Part shown: positions 19,832-29,267 of the stretch, piece by piece
How the letters are laid out: every line of letters begins with the position of its first letter
Numbering within the stretch: the stretch's first letter is position 1
From: Deltaproteobacteria bacterium
GTDB lineage: Bacteria; Desulfobacterota_D; UBA1144; Nemesobacterales; CSP1-2
DNA: 64,000 bases
Assembly (NCBI GenBank): GCA_052390235.1
Contig: JBQTHB010000007.1
Coordinates: 77,185 to 141,184, forward strand
Reading direction: 5' to 3'
Notes under the pieces: model-generated
What the model was told of the DNA's origin: nothing
The model's input: the letters and a program-made list of their open reading frames with translations, nothing else
Database searches by the model: none
Made by a program: the position numbers and the translations under genes

Positions 19832-20587
19832 TTAGGCGCGCTGCATCGAGAAAAACACATAGCCGTAGCTCTCATCGGAAATGGCAAAAATTTCAATTTC
19901 CTTTATGGTCTCTGCCGCAAAGTCCCTGACTGATGAATCGGGATGAGTGATAAGGGCTTTGGCGCGCCGCTCTAGGATGTCGTAGTAGCCTTCCACCCAT
20001 GCCTCTTTGGGAAGAGTGTGTGTCGCGAGTACCCTGAATCCCGCATCTTCGGCGATAGTTAAATTTTGCTCGATGGACCTCATGTCGGGATAACAGGCGC
20101 TGAAAAACTCCGTTGCCGCGGCTGGGGCCTGTGGCTTCAGCCAGCAAAGTTCACTGACAACGGCGAAGCCATTAGACGCTATGGCAGGGGCCCAAGTACA
20201 AAGCGCATTGGCAAAGCCTATGTTGTATGCCGCTCCTTCAGACCAGAGTAGCTCAATGCCTCGAAAAATGCTCGGAATATCCTTCATATCCATACAATGT
20301 GTCCGCACAAGCGAATGGACGCCAGCCTCCGCGGCGCGGCGCGACAAATCGCTCAAGAAGGGTTTATATGAGTCAACGGCGTCAATGGGAACGCACAACT
20401 CCTTTGCCAATGCCAGGGTTTGGCGCCCAGCGCCGCAACCTGCATCAACGACGACATTGAACTGCCCCTTTGGAAGCAGGCGCAGCGCTCTCAATGTGTG
20501 AGCATTGTCGCCCGGGCCCAGTTTCTCCATGCCGCCGAACAGAATGCCGATTGGGTCGTATATGCTCATGCCATCGTTAGAGTTCAT
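19832..20587 (-). CDS. Class I SAM-dependent methyltransferase
   Basis: [35 protein letters not shown]; stop TAA lies within GCCTAAC. Confidence 0.85.
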   Translation of the reverse strand: MNSNDGMSIYDPIGILFGGMEKLGPGDNAHTLRALRLLPKGQFNVVVDAGCGAGRQTLALAKELCVPIDAVDSYKPFLSDLSRRAAEAGVHSLVRTHCMDMKDIPSIFRGIELLWSEGAAYNIGFANALCTWAPAIASNGFAVVSELCWLKPQAPAAATEFFSACYPDMRSIEQNLTIAEDAGFRVLATHTLPKEAWVEGYYDILERRAKALITHPDSSVRDFAAETIKEIEIFAISDESYGYVFFSMQRA

Positions 20588-20998
20588 AGCTTGTCATTTT
20601 GAGACGCCCTCGCGATGCTCTTTAGCGTTTCCTCGTCATACTGAGCCGCATATTCCGCCGATGGGGGGATCATCTTAATCACGTCAATCAGCGCCCCGTT
20701 CGGGTCTGCCGTGATAAAGTGCTGCTGGCCAAAGTCCTCGGAGCGAATCTCAAGGTGAATGGGCAATCCCGCCGCCCTGAGTCGTTCGTACTCGGCGTCC
20801 ACATCGTCCACTTCAAAGTTGAGAATGAGTCCGCCGCCAAAGCTACGGCGGAAGTCTCGCGGCACGATGGGCGGCTCTGAGGCTCACATACCAATCGGAC
20901 TCGAAGGTTACCTGGAATCCAAAGTGTCTCGTATAGAATGCTCTTGACCCAGCCACGTCGCGGGTCATGATTACTGGGTAGAAGCTGCTAAACCTCAT
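20584..20998 (-). pseudogene. VOC/glyoxalase family gene split by a frameshift and probable internal deletion
   Basis: MRFSSFYPVIMTRDVAGSRAFYTRHFGF..DWYVSL in one frame, [32 protein letters not shown] in another; frames switch near 20860-20875. Confidence 0.75.
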
Positions 20999-21054
20999 GG
21001 TAGATACCTCGTGCTGTCTTATGATACGGGGCGTTATGCGATAAGCATTCATTC

Positions 21055-21423
21055 CTACAACTGGGACAACCTGAACTTCACCATCGCTATGACCAGCGCC
21101 TTGGGGATGGGCTTGCCCAATGGGAACTGGATGGAACCCTTGGCGAACTTGTAGGCCGCAAGCTCGTCGGCGAATGCGTCTATCGTGTCAGGGTGGGGGT
21201 AGAAACCAATATGCTTGGGATACCCGGCTATCATGATCTGCTTGTCGCGCTTGCCGCCCTTGACTAGGGCAAACGCTGGGATGTTGTAGTTCATCAGCTC
21301 GGAAACCTCGGGCGCTGCTTGCCAGATCCATGAGCGAAGTTCCTCAAGTGCGCGCTGGGTTTCCGGAGGTTGAGTGGCGATGTACGCATCCACTTCCTTT
21401 GACCGGCTTGCCTCATTGCTCAT
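21055..21423 (-). CDS. DUF1801/YdhG-like (iron chaperone-type) protein
   Basis: VDAYIA, YNIPAF, HIGFYP, KGSIQFPLGKPIP; GGAGG RBS before ATG 21423. Confidence 0.8.
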   Translation of the reverse strand: MSNEASRSKEVDAYIATQPPETQRALEELRSWIWQAAPEVSELMNYNIPAFALVKGGKRDKQIMIAGYPKHIGFYPHPDTIDAFADELAAYKFAKGSIQFPLGKPIPKALVIAMVKFRLSQL

Positions 21424-21471
21424 TGCCGCCTCCACAGATGCGCCGCTAACGCTAGTCGCATAACGCCCGGC

Positions 21472-21885
21472 TTAGGCATTCTCCGGCGGCTTTTGGAAGG
21501 CTGGCAGCGCCACGAGCAACACGACGATGAAAACACAGAGACCCCAGTGATAGATTCGCAATTGCGTCAGGCTCGGGGGCGCAGCCGCCTCCGCCACGGT
21601 AATAATCTGCGGACTATCTTTCGCCTTTTCTTTAACATACTCGACAATGGCGGAACGCTGCGTCCGCATATCGTTAAGGGCCTGATAGTTGCCCGCGGCA
21701 AACAGCAGGAAGCCTACGACAGCGACGGAAGAAGCTATATAACGATACTTGGGCAATAGTTTACCACTGGCGATAAGTGTCACTAACGTCGCACTCACAG
21801 TGTAAAAAACCGTCCACAGTGCCTGCCATGCGGAAGCGCGCTCTGAAAGGATCCCGATCAATTCTTTGGCAGTAGATGGTTCCAT
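21472..21885 (-). CDS. Hypothetical membrane protein (cassette-borne)
   Basis: Three hydrophobic segments; stop TAA within GCCTAA box. Confidence 0.65.
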   Translation of the reverse strand: MEPSTAKELIGILSERASAWQALWTVFYTVSATLVTLIASGKLLPKYRYIASSVAVVGFLLFAAGNYQALNDMRTQRSAIVEYVKEKAKDSPQIITVAEAAAPPSLTQLRIYHWGLCVFIVVLLVALPAFQKPPENA

Positions 21886-21940
21886 AATAATTGCCCCTTC
21901 TCTGAGAATGCATAACTATAGTTAATCATCTAGCCAATAT

Positions 21941-22636
21941 TTAGTACGCAGGGGCTTTAATCACATCCACCCCTTCCGGTGCTTCAAACTTGAAAAGGGA
22001 GTCCGCCGCCCCTTTATTGGTCTTGATTTCGCTTAATTTGACCTTTGTCATGTTTCCGAACGCATCGAATAGATAGACCGTCTCAACGAATAGGTTTTTC
22101 TTATTGACCGCTATTGTAACGCGGCTCTCTTCGTCGTCATCTCCTTTTTTGGGCATGAGGTCAATGAGATAATTCCCCTTCTCGCCGGGAAAACTCTCCG
22201 TGGAGAAGCGAGTGTCAAACTGCCGCCTTATATTCTGGAATCCTGAGAGCAGGGAGGTTGTCGAGGCGCCTCCTTGGGCAATGCCTCCGACAGAGGATTC
22301 GATAACCTGATTGTCCTTATCGTTGTAAAACCACATCGTCGCGCCGTCGGATACGATTTGCTCTTTGTTGGGCGTGTAGTAGTTCCAGCGCATTTTTCCG
22401 GGTTTTTTGAGCCACACCTCGCCCTCGGCAACTTCCACTTGGTCTAGGATTTTAACCGTGGCTTCTTGGGTGAATTTGGCGTGAAAGTCCGAAATTTTGC
22501 CATAATTCGCCTCAATTTTTGTGATGATACGCTCAAGCGAGGGCTTTTTAGCCTGTTTGCTCTCCGCCTCTTCTTGCGCCCATATAAAAGCCGTTAGAGC
22601 GAAAATTAAAATGAAGCTGATGGATATTTTGCTCAA
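21941..22636 (-). CDS. lolA: Outer-membrane lipoprotein carrier protein
   Basis: AKFTQE, KKPGKMRWNY, IVSDGATMWFYN, FKFEAPEGVDVI; downstream of ftsK. Confidence 0.85.
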   Translation of the reverse strand: MSKISISFILIFALTAFIWAQEEAESKQAKKPSLERIITKIEANYGKISDFHAKFTQEATVKILDQVEVAEGEVWLKKPGKMRWNYYTPNKEQIVSDGATMWFYNDKDNQVIESSVGGIAQGGASTTSLLSGFQNIRRQFDTRFSTESFPGEKGNYLIDLMPKKGDDDEESRVTIAVNKKNLFVETVYLFDAFGNMTKVKLSEIKTNKGAADSLFKFEAPEGVDVIKAPAY

Positions 22637-24918
22637 TTCTTGTGCCTCTCCTTTGATATGTATTCTGGGCTGATGAAAACCTCTCTCTGCTTGCCAGCCG
22701 CCTCTTGAGGCCCTACCAAGCCCTCTTTTTCCATAATTTCCACGATGCGCGCCGCTCGGTTGTATCCGATTTTGAGCTTTCGCTGTATCATGGAAATCGA
22801 AGCCTGACGGGTTTCGGCTATTATCTTCAGCGCGAGGAAATAGAACTCGTCCTTCTCGCTGTCCAGCTGTTCTGAGTCTTCCTGCTCCTCGAATTTCGTA
22901 ATTTCCTGATTATATTCGGGCGAGCCTTGGGATTTGAGATAATCCGTAATCCTCTCTCTCTCGCCGTCCGAGATGAGTCCTCCCTGAACCCTCGTGAGCT
23001 TAGATGTGCCGGGCTGAAGGAAGAGCATATCCCCCTTGCCAAGCAGTCTCTCCGCGCCGCCAGCGTCGAGTATTATGCGCGAGTCAATTTTCGATGATAC
23101 GAGAAACGAAATCCGCGCCGGAAAATTCGCCTTTATGAGTCCCGCGACAACGTCTGCCGAGGGACGCTGAGTCGCTACTATGAGATGAATCCCTGCGGCT
23201 CTAGCCTTCTGCGAGAGCCTCGTTATTCCCTCTCTCACCTCGTGCGGGGCCACCATCATCAAATCCGCAAGTTCGTCAATTACAATCACGATGTAGGGCA
23301 GAAGCCTCTCGTCGCGCCCGGCTTTTGCGGGGAGTTTTTCAATGCTCTTATTGTAGCTTTCGATGTCTCGCACCCCCTCTTCCGAAAGGGTTTTATAGCG
23401 CTTTTCCATCTCATCCACGGCCCACCTAAGAGCCGCCGCCGCCTTCTTTGGCTCCGTAACAACGGGATGGAGCAGATGAGGGATGTCCTCATAAACCGAG
23501 AGTTCAAGCATCTTCGGGTCAATCATGATGAATTTAAGCTCAGCCGGGCTCCCTTTGTAGAGCATACTCGTGATGACGGAGTGGAGCAGAACGCTTTTGC
23601 CAGAGCCAGTGGTGCCGGCTATCATGAGGTGCGGGGCTTTGCGCAAATCCATATAAAACGCCTTTCCAGCGATGTCTTTGCCGAGGGCGAGCGTAAGGGT
23701 TGATCTTCTGCCGATAAATTCGCCGTCTTCGAGTAGCTCTCTTAGCACGACGGATTCCCGTTTTGAGTTAGGCACTTCAATTCCGACCACGTCTTTGCCC
23801 GGTATCGGGGCGATGATTCTGATGCTGAGCGCGCTGAGTCCCATAGCCAAATCGTTCTCAAGGGCGGCTATTTTATTGATTTTAATCCCCGGCGCTGGCT
23901 TATACTCAAACATCGTAATTACGGGGCCGGGGCGGATTTCGGTAACGTTTCCCGAGACGCCTAGGTGAGAGAGCTTTTCCTCGGTGAGACGGGCTTTTTC
24001 ATAAGCGCCGTCTTTGTCAAATTCAACTTTCGACTCCACTCTCGCATCCAGAAGGTCTATCGGTGGGAGTTTGAAATTATGGCTCTCTCTGTACTCCCTT
24101 GATTTCTCCGGGGCAGTCCTGGGCTTGGATTCCATCTTCTGGACCTCGACTATTATCTGGGGCATTGACTCGCCCGGCTTAGGCCTCTCTGGGGCAGGTT
24201 TTATCTGAGCCGCCGCCGCATCTGTGGTGTACGGGATGGGTTTTCTCTCCCTTGGAATTGGGGTTTTAATTACGACCCTCGCTTTTGGCTTCGATAGACT
24301 CGAAAATAGATTTTCTGCAATGTCCATTACTCTACCGCCCGCTCCGAGGAGCATCGTCCACGCGCCCCCGCCGGTTTCCATAAATAATCTGCCAAGTCGG
24401 TTGAATATCCCATAGACGCTTACATTCGACATTATTATTAAACTCACCGATAGCGCTACGGTTACAATTACATAAGAACCTACGTCTCCAGCGATTTTCT
24501 GCCTCAGCGCCGAAGAGAGCGCGTCCCCTATCCAGCCCCCAGCGGGTTTATAGCCCAGTACCCCTTCGCTCCCGAACGCAAGCCCAAGCAGGACGGGCAG
24601 TATGAGAAGGAAAATCACCGCCGCCGCCGCTTTTCTGTATAAATTCGCCGCCGCCCTGTCCGTAAACACCAGCGCCGCGGTGTAGAACATCACTATCGGG
24701 ATGATAAACGACGATAGCCCAAAGGTGTTGCCAAGGAGGTCTGAGATGAAAACCCCTATTGCGCCCATGGAATTTTTCACGTCTAGCCCGGATTTAGAGC
24801 TATAGAATAGGAGGCTCAGTGAAGAGAAGATACCTACGGCAAGAAGGGATGAGGCGACTATCTCGCGCGAGATATAGTCGGGGGAGGGTTCATGGCGGCT
24901 AATTTTTTTCTTCGGCAT
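22633..24918 (-). CDS. ftsK: DNA translocase FtsK
   Basis: N-terminal TMs, PHLMIAGTTGSGKS Walker A, IDELADLMM, ATQRPS, gamma domain QRKLKIGYNRAAR. Confidence 0.97.
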   Translation of the reverse strand: MPKKKISRHEPSPDYISREIVASSLLAVGIFSSLSLLFYSSKSGLDVKNSMGAIGVFISDLLGNTFGLSSFIIPIVMFYTAALVFTDRAAANLYRKAAAAVIFLLILPVLLGLAFGSEGVLGYKPAGGWIGDALSSALRQKIAGDVGSYVIVTVALSVSLIIMSNVSVYGIFNRLGRLFMETGGGAWTMLLGAGGRVMDIAENLFSSLSKPKARVVIKTPIPRERKPIPYTTDAAAAQIKPAPERPKPGESMPQIIVEVQKMESKPRTAPEKSREYRESHNFKLPPIDLLDARVESKVEFDKDGAYEKARLTEEKLSHLGVSGNVTEIRPGPVITMFEYKPAPGIKINKIAALENDLAMGLSALSIRIIAPIPGKDVVGIEVPNSKRESVVLRELLEDGEFIGRRSTLTLALGKDIAGKAFYMDLRKAPHLMIAGTTGSGKSVLLHSVITSMLYKGSPAELKFIMIDPKMLELSVYEDIPHLLHPVVTEPKKAAAALRWAVDEMEKRYKTLSEEGVRDIESYNKSIEKLPAKAGRDERLLPYIVIVIDELADLMMVAPHEVREGITRLSQKARAAGIHLIVATQRPSADVVAGLIKANFPARISFLVSSKIDSRIILDAGGAERLLGKGDMLFLQPGTSKLTRVQGGLISDGERERITDYLKSQGSPEYNQEITKFEEQEDSEQLDSEKDEFYFLALKIIAETRQASISMIQRKLKIGYNRAARIVEIMEKEGLVGPQEAAGKQREVFISPEYISKERHKN

Positions 24919-25012
24919 TTTCGTTAGATATTATGACGTTAATCCCTGATATAACAAGAGATTTATTTCCCTTTGCAGCGGCTCTTGAAATTCATGGGGC
25001 AGAAATGTTATC

Positions 25013-26122
25013 ATGGGTTCAATGAGAAAATTCCTCCCTCCGAGGCGAGTAGCCGCAATATTTTTTATTCCCCTCGCCCTCTTATGCTTTATTACTCCCC
25101 TCGCCTTCGCCCAAGCCGCCATACAAAACCCCTCCGCCGAGGCTCAAATAGAGGGCATTAGGCGCGAATTAGAGTCGCTAAAGGGGGAATTGTCCGAGAT
25201 TAAATCTGAGGAGCTAGGCGAGAGGCTCGCAGAACTTCAAACCCGCCTCGATGAGGTGGACAAAAATATCGAAAACAGCGTGTCAACCCTCGCCCAGACC
25301 TCGAGCAATACTATCTCGGCAATGTCTTGGTTTCTCTATATTGCCGGCGCGGTTATTGCCGCTATTATCGGTGTGGCGTCGTATTTCGGTTATCGCCGGA
25401 TTCAAGATATTGGACGGAGCTACGAAGCTGAGTTTGAAAATACTATAGATGAAGTTAACGCGGCGGTTGCCCAATCCGAGTCTAGGGCTGGGGAGGTCGA
25501 AGCCCGCCTGATCGAGAGTGGGAATAAATATGACGGTGAATTAAAGAGGGCGATAGAGGAGATTGATAACACGCACACACTGTCGAAAATAAACCTTAAA
25601 GAAGCTGAAAACCTCCTTTCTAAGTTGAAAAAGACGGACGAAATTCAAAAGTCGTGGATGCTCTATCGCATAATTTTAAGATACGTTGACGAGCTTGGCG
25701 CCTATGATTCGGGACTAAAGCGCATTGACGACATTATCTCCAAGGGAATATCGGATAATCTGGCTCTGTCATCGTTCTACGGGATTAAGGGTTATATTCT
25801 GGGGCTGAAGAACCGCAATGAAGAGGCCCTTAGGTGTACGAATATCGCCTATGATTTGTTGGAAGAGAGCAGGGGGGATAATCTCTTTATTGTCTATAAC
25901 TCTGCTTGCTTTGCCTCTCTGCTGGGGAGGCGTCATGAGGCGATGGATAGGCTGGACGAGTTGCTCAGGGAAATGCCGGAGTGGAAAGGGGAGATTGTCA
26001 AATTGAAGGACGCGGCTAAGGGAATTTATGAGCTTAGGGATAAGGACTTGGGAAATCTAAAAGACGAGCCTAGATTTAAGCGCATACTGGGCATCTCGGA
26101 TGATGGCACAATTGAAATCTAG
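25013..26122 (+). CDS. Membrane-anchored coiled-coil protein with C-terminal TPR-like helices
   Basis: Signal peptide, coiled coil, one TM helix, YNSACFASLLG motif. Confidence 0.6.
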   Translation: MGSMRKFLPPRRVAAIFFIPLALLCFITPLAFAQAAIQNPSAEAQIEGIRRELESLKGELSEIKSEELGERLAELQTRLDEVDKNIENSVSTLAQTSSNTISAMSWFLYIAGAVIAAIIGVASYFGYRRIQDIGRSYEAEFENTIDEVNAAVAQSESRAGEVEARLIESGNKYDGELKRAIEEIDNTHTLSKINLKEAENLLSKLKKTDEIQKSWMLYRIILRYVDELGAYDSGLKRIDDIISKGISDNLALSSFYGIKGYILGLKNRNEEALRCTNIAYDLLEESRGDNLFIVYNSACFASLLGRRHEAMDRLDELLREMPEWKGEIVKLKDAAKGIYELRDKDLGNLKDEPRFKRILGISDDGTIEI

Positions 26123-26343
26123 GGCGGCGAGCAGATCTGCTTAGCGATAATTATCCGCCGAAAATGGGCTTTTTAGCATGCTCAACTGTCATATATCTCT
26201 CCTCGCATCTCAAGTGCTGAATAAATATAATTATATATTTTGGCAACTAGTTCAAGTGTTTTTATCTATAGGAGCGAAGGAAATTTTCTGGAGTTCGTAT
26301 ATAATCCCTACGCCCGATAACCGGCTTTAGGAGATTCAATAAA

Positions 26344-28035
26344 ATGCAAAAATTCACACGCCCTGCCCGAAAAATCCCGACCGTAAGAGCGAGACTCGAT
26401 ATTGCCACAATCTCCGAGATGGTCGAGAGAAACGGTGAGATTTACGCAGACAACCCCGCCTACCTCACCCCTAGGGGCGGCGAAATCCGCTCGTTCAGCT
26501 ACGCGGCGGTGCTTAGCTCTGTTGCGCGACTCGCCCGGCATCTGAACGAGTTGGGGATTGGCGGGGGAGACCACGTTGCCATCCTCGGCGAGAACCGCCC
26601 TGAGTGGGGAATCTCCTACTTCTCCACGCTGTGGATTGGCGCAGTAGCCGTCCCTTTAGACGCCAAAACCTCCCTCGAAGCATATAAATTCATCCTCCAA
26701 TTCGCCTCGGTGAAGGCAATTATCCTCTCCGGGGCGTATCTTGCGGATATTCAGTCCGTGGCGGCTGATCTTCCCGAGCTAAAGCATATTATTCTAATGG
26801 ATGAAATTGACTCAATTGCGGGGCGTTATTCGACTGGCGCGCCTAGGGAGAGGGTTTCCCCATCCGACCTTGCCGAGATACTTTTTACCTCCGGCACGAC
26901 CGGCGACCCTAAGGGAGTGATGCTCACGCACGGCAATATAATGTCGAATGTAGGCGATATTTATCAGCTCATCGCATTCACCCCTGATGATAAAATGTTC
27001 TCTGTGCTTCCCATTCACCACTGCTACGAATGCACTGGCGGGCTAGTAACTCCGTTCTACAATGGGATGAGCGTTTTTTACGCCCGAAGCCTAAAACCCT
27101 CAGAAATGATGGAAGATTTGCGCGCCGCAAGCCCCACAATTTGGCTCAACGCCCCGCTTATTTTAGAGAAGATGTACGTGAGAATAACCAAAGAGCTCGC
27201 CAATCAGAAGGGGATAGCCGGACTTTTAGCCGGCGCGATGCCTAGGAAATTCATAGGCGGCAAGGTAAAAGAGAGGCTCGGTCTTGAGCGCGTAAGGCAC
27301 ATCGTTACCGGAGGGGCGGCTATCCCGGCGTGGGTGTCGGGCGGACTCTCGGAGCTTGGATTTCCGATATTGCAAGGCTACGGGCTTTCGGAAGCCTCCC
27401 CGCTCATCACGGTAAATCCGCCTCTCGCCCCAAGGAATGAGAGCGCGGGAATGGTGATTCCAAGCGATGAGGCGCAGATTCAAGACACGGACGGCGAGGG
27501 CAACGGCGAAATCCTCGCTCAAGGGGCGAATATTATGCGCGGCTATTACAAGAACCAAAGCGCGACGGCAGAGGCGCTAACCCCTGAGGGGTGGCTTCGC
27601 ACGGGTGATATAGGCTATTTTGACGCCGATGGGTATCTGTACATAACGGGCAGAAAAAAATTCGTTATCGTAACCCCCGGCGGGAAAAACGTATTCCCCG
27701 AAGAGGTCGAAGAGAGACTCACAAAATCCCAATACATAGAAGAGGCGCTCGTGTTCAGCCCGGATGACGAGGACATTCAGGCGATAATTTATCCAAACCT
27801 CGAAGAGGTCAAAAATAAGCTCGCGGCGGGCGGTGCCGAATTTCGAGACGAGACCGTTTGGGAGCTTATAAAATTGGAAGTGCGCGCGGCTAACGAATCC
27901 CTCGAAATCTATAAAAAGGTGAGGCATTTCGCCGTCAAATACGAAGAATTCCCCAAAACCACTACGCGCAAAATTAAGAGGCATCTATTCAGGGGAGTTG
28001 CCCTTAAAAGCGGGGAAAAAGTGTTCCGAGGGTAG
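26344..28035 (+). CDS. Long-chain fatty acid--CoA ligase (AMP-binding)
   Basis: FTSGTTGDPKG, QGYGLSE, WLRTGDIG, ITGRKK, GKNVFPEEVE. Confidence 0.9.
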   Translation: MQKFTRPARKIPTVRARLDIATISEMVERNGEIYADNPAYLTPRGGEIRSFSYAAVLSSVARLARHLNELGIGGGDHVAILGENRPEWGISYFSTLWIGAVAVPLDAKTSLEAYKFILQFASVKAIILSGAYLADIQSVAADLPELKHIILMDEIDSIAGRYSTGAPRERVSPSDLAEILFTSGTTGDPKGVMLTHGNIMSNVGDIYQLIAFTPDDKMFSVLPIHHCYECTGGLVTPFYNGMSVFYARSLKPSEMMEDLRAASPTIWLNAPLILEKMYVRITKELANQKGIAGLLAGAMPRKFIGGKVKERLGLERVRHIVTGGAAIPAWVSGGLSELGFPILQGYGLSEASPLITVNPPLAPRNESAGMVIPSDEAQIQDTDGEGNGEILAQGANIMRGYYKNQSATAEALTPEGWLRTGDIGYFDADGYLYITGRKKFVIVTPGGKNVFPEEVEERLTKSQYIEEALVFSPDDEDIQAIIYPNLEEVKNKLAAGGAEFRDETVWELIKLEVRAANESLEIYKKVRHFAVKYEEFPKTTTRKIKRHLFRGVALKSGEKVFRG

Positions 28036-28043
28036 AGAGATTC

Positions 28044-28508
28044 CTAGGATTCGCTCTTGCGGCAGTCATCGCAGATGCCGTTTAGAAGCACGGAATATCC
28101 AATCACGCGGTAATTGCCAAGGGTTTTATTCTTAACGTCGAGATTCATGAGCGAGTCGTCGTAGAAATCCTCGACTTTCTTGCAGTTGACACAGACCAGG
28201 TGGTGGTGAGGCTCGAGGTTTGCGTCGTAGCGCGCGGCATTGTAGAGGGTGTTCACGACGGAGATAAGCCCCAGCCTCTCGAATGTTTCGAGCGTCCTGT
28301 AAATTGTGGTAAGCGATATATTGGGGTAGTAGCCGGTGATTTTTTTATGTACCACCTCGGCGCTCGGATGCTCGGTGGTGCCGGCGAGTTCTCTGTAGAT
28401 GGCTATGCGCTGAGGGGTTACCTTGATTCCCAGGCCTTTGCATTGCTCGATAAAGCTGTGAACCCTCGTCTCAACTAAATTCTCTTCAATCTTTATATTT
28501 GTGTCCAT
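28044..28508 (-). CDS. Fur-family transcriptional regulator (PerR-like)
   Basis: TPQRIAI, HPSAE, SLTTIYRTL, HHHLVCVNC, CDDC. Confidence 0.9.
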   Translation of the reverse strand: MDTNIKIEENLVETRVHSFIEQCKGLGIKVTPQRIAIYRELAGTTEHPSAEVVHKKITGYYPNISLTTIYRTLETFERLGLISVVNTLYNAARYDANLEPHHHLVCVNCKKVEDFYDDSLMNLDVKNKTLGNYRVIGYSVLLNGICDDCRKSES

Positions 28509-28603
28509 GGCGTTATATTTATATGAAATTGCAAGAGTTACTCAATTACCTCCTGCCCCTCCAACCCTAAAAGTAAACTATATCTCGGGATAAGTCAAAC
28601 AAA

Positions 28604-29227
28604 ATGAAACCCATTGAAATTATTATGAAAAATAAAATCGTCGCCGTCATACGCGCCGAGAGCGCGGCGCGCGCCGTTGAGCTAGCCGACTGGTGCGCCT
28701 CGGGGGGGATTAAAATCATCGAGATAACTTTCTCATTTCCCGAGGCCGCCGCCGCTATCCGAGACCTCTCAGGGCGGGGTGATATTTTAGTAGCCGCGGG
28801 GACGGTTCTCGATGTTGCTACAGCAAAGCTCGCCGCGCGCTCAGGGGCAAAATTTATTGTCTCTCCCCACACGGACGCAGATATTATAAATTTTGCCAAG
28901 TCCGAGGGATTAGCAGTCGCATCGGGCGCACTCACCTCCAATGAAATCGTAGGGGCGTGGAAACTGGGAGCGGATTTCGTTAAGATTTTTCCGGTTAAAT
29001 CCGTCGGCGGCGCGTCTTACATTAAGGCGATAAAGGAGCCGCTCCCGTTTGTGAACGTTATGACGACAGGCGGGGTTACGACCGAGAATTTTCTGGAATA
29101 TATACAGCATGGAGCGTCAGTCGTGGGGATTGCTAGCTCTTTTTTCGGAGGCGGCGAGCTTAGTTCGCATCTCGTCTCAGGCCGCGCAAAACTCGCTGTG
29201 GATAAATTAGCCGCGCTCAATTTATAA
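28604..29227 (+). CDS. eda: KDPG/KHG aldolase
   Basis: VAVIRA, IEIT, AGTVL, FIVSP, VKIFP, TTGGV. Confidence 0.85.
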   Translation: MKPIEIIMKNKIVAVIRAESAARAVELADWCASGGIKIIEITFSFPEAAAAIRDLSGRGDILVAAGTVLDVATAKLAARSGAKFIVSPHTDADIINFAKSEGLAVASGALTSNEIVGAWKLGADFVKIFPVKSVGGASYIKAIKEPLPFVNVMTTGGVTTENFLEYIQHGASVVGIASSFFGGGELSSHLVSGRAKLAVDKLAALNL

Positions 29228-29267
29228 CACAGACTACTGTCCCCAGCACACATTCTAGGAGGTCTAT

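Larger units (their letters stand above)
19818..21927 (-). mobile_element. Integrase-less array of integron-type gene cassettes with collapsed attC-like sites
   Basis: Four small co-oriented genes; GTTRRRY-like boxes precede and RYYYAAC-like boxes follow genes, with 12-13 nt complementarity between cassette starts and ends (see findings). Confidence 0.65.
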
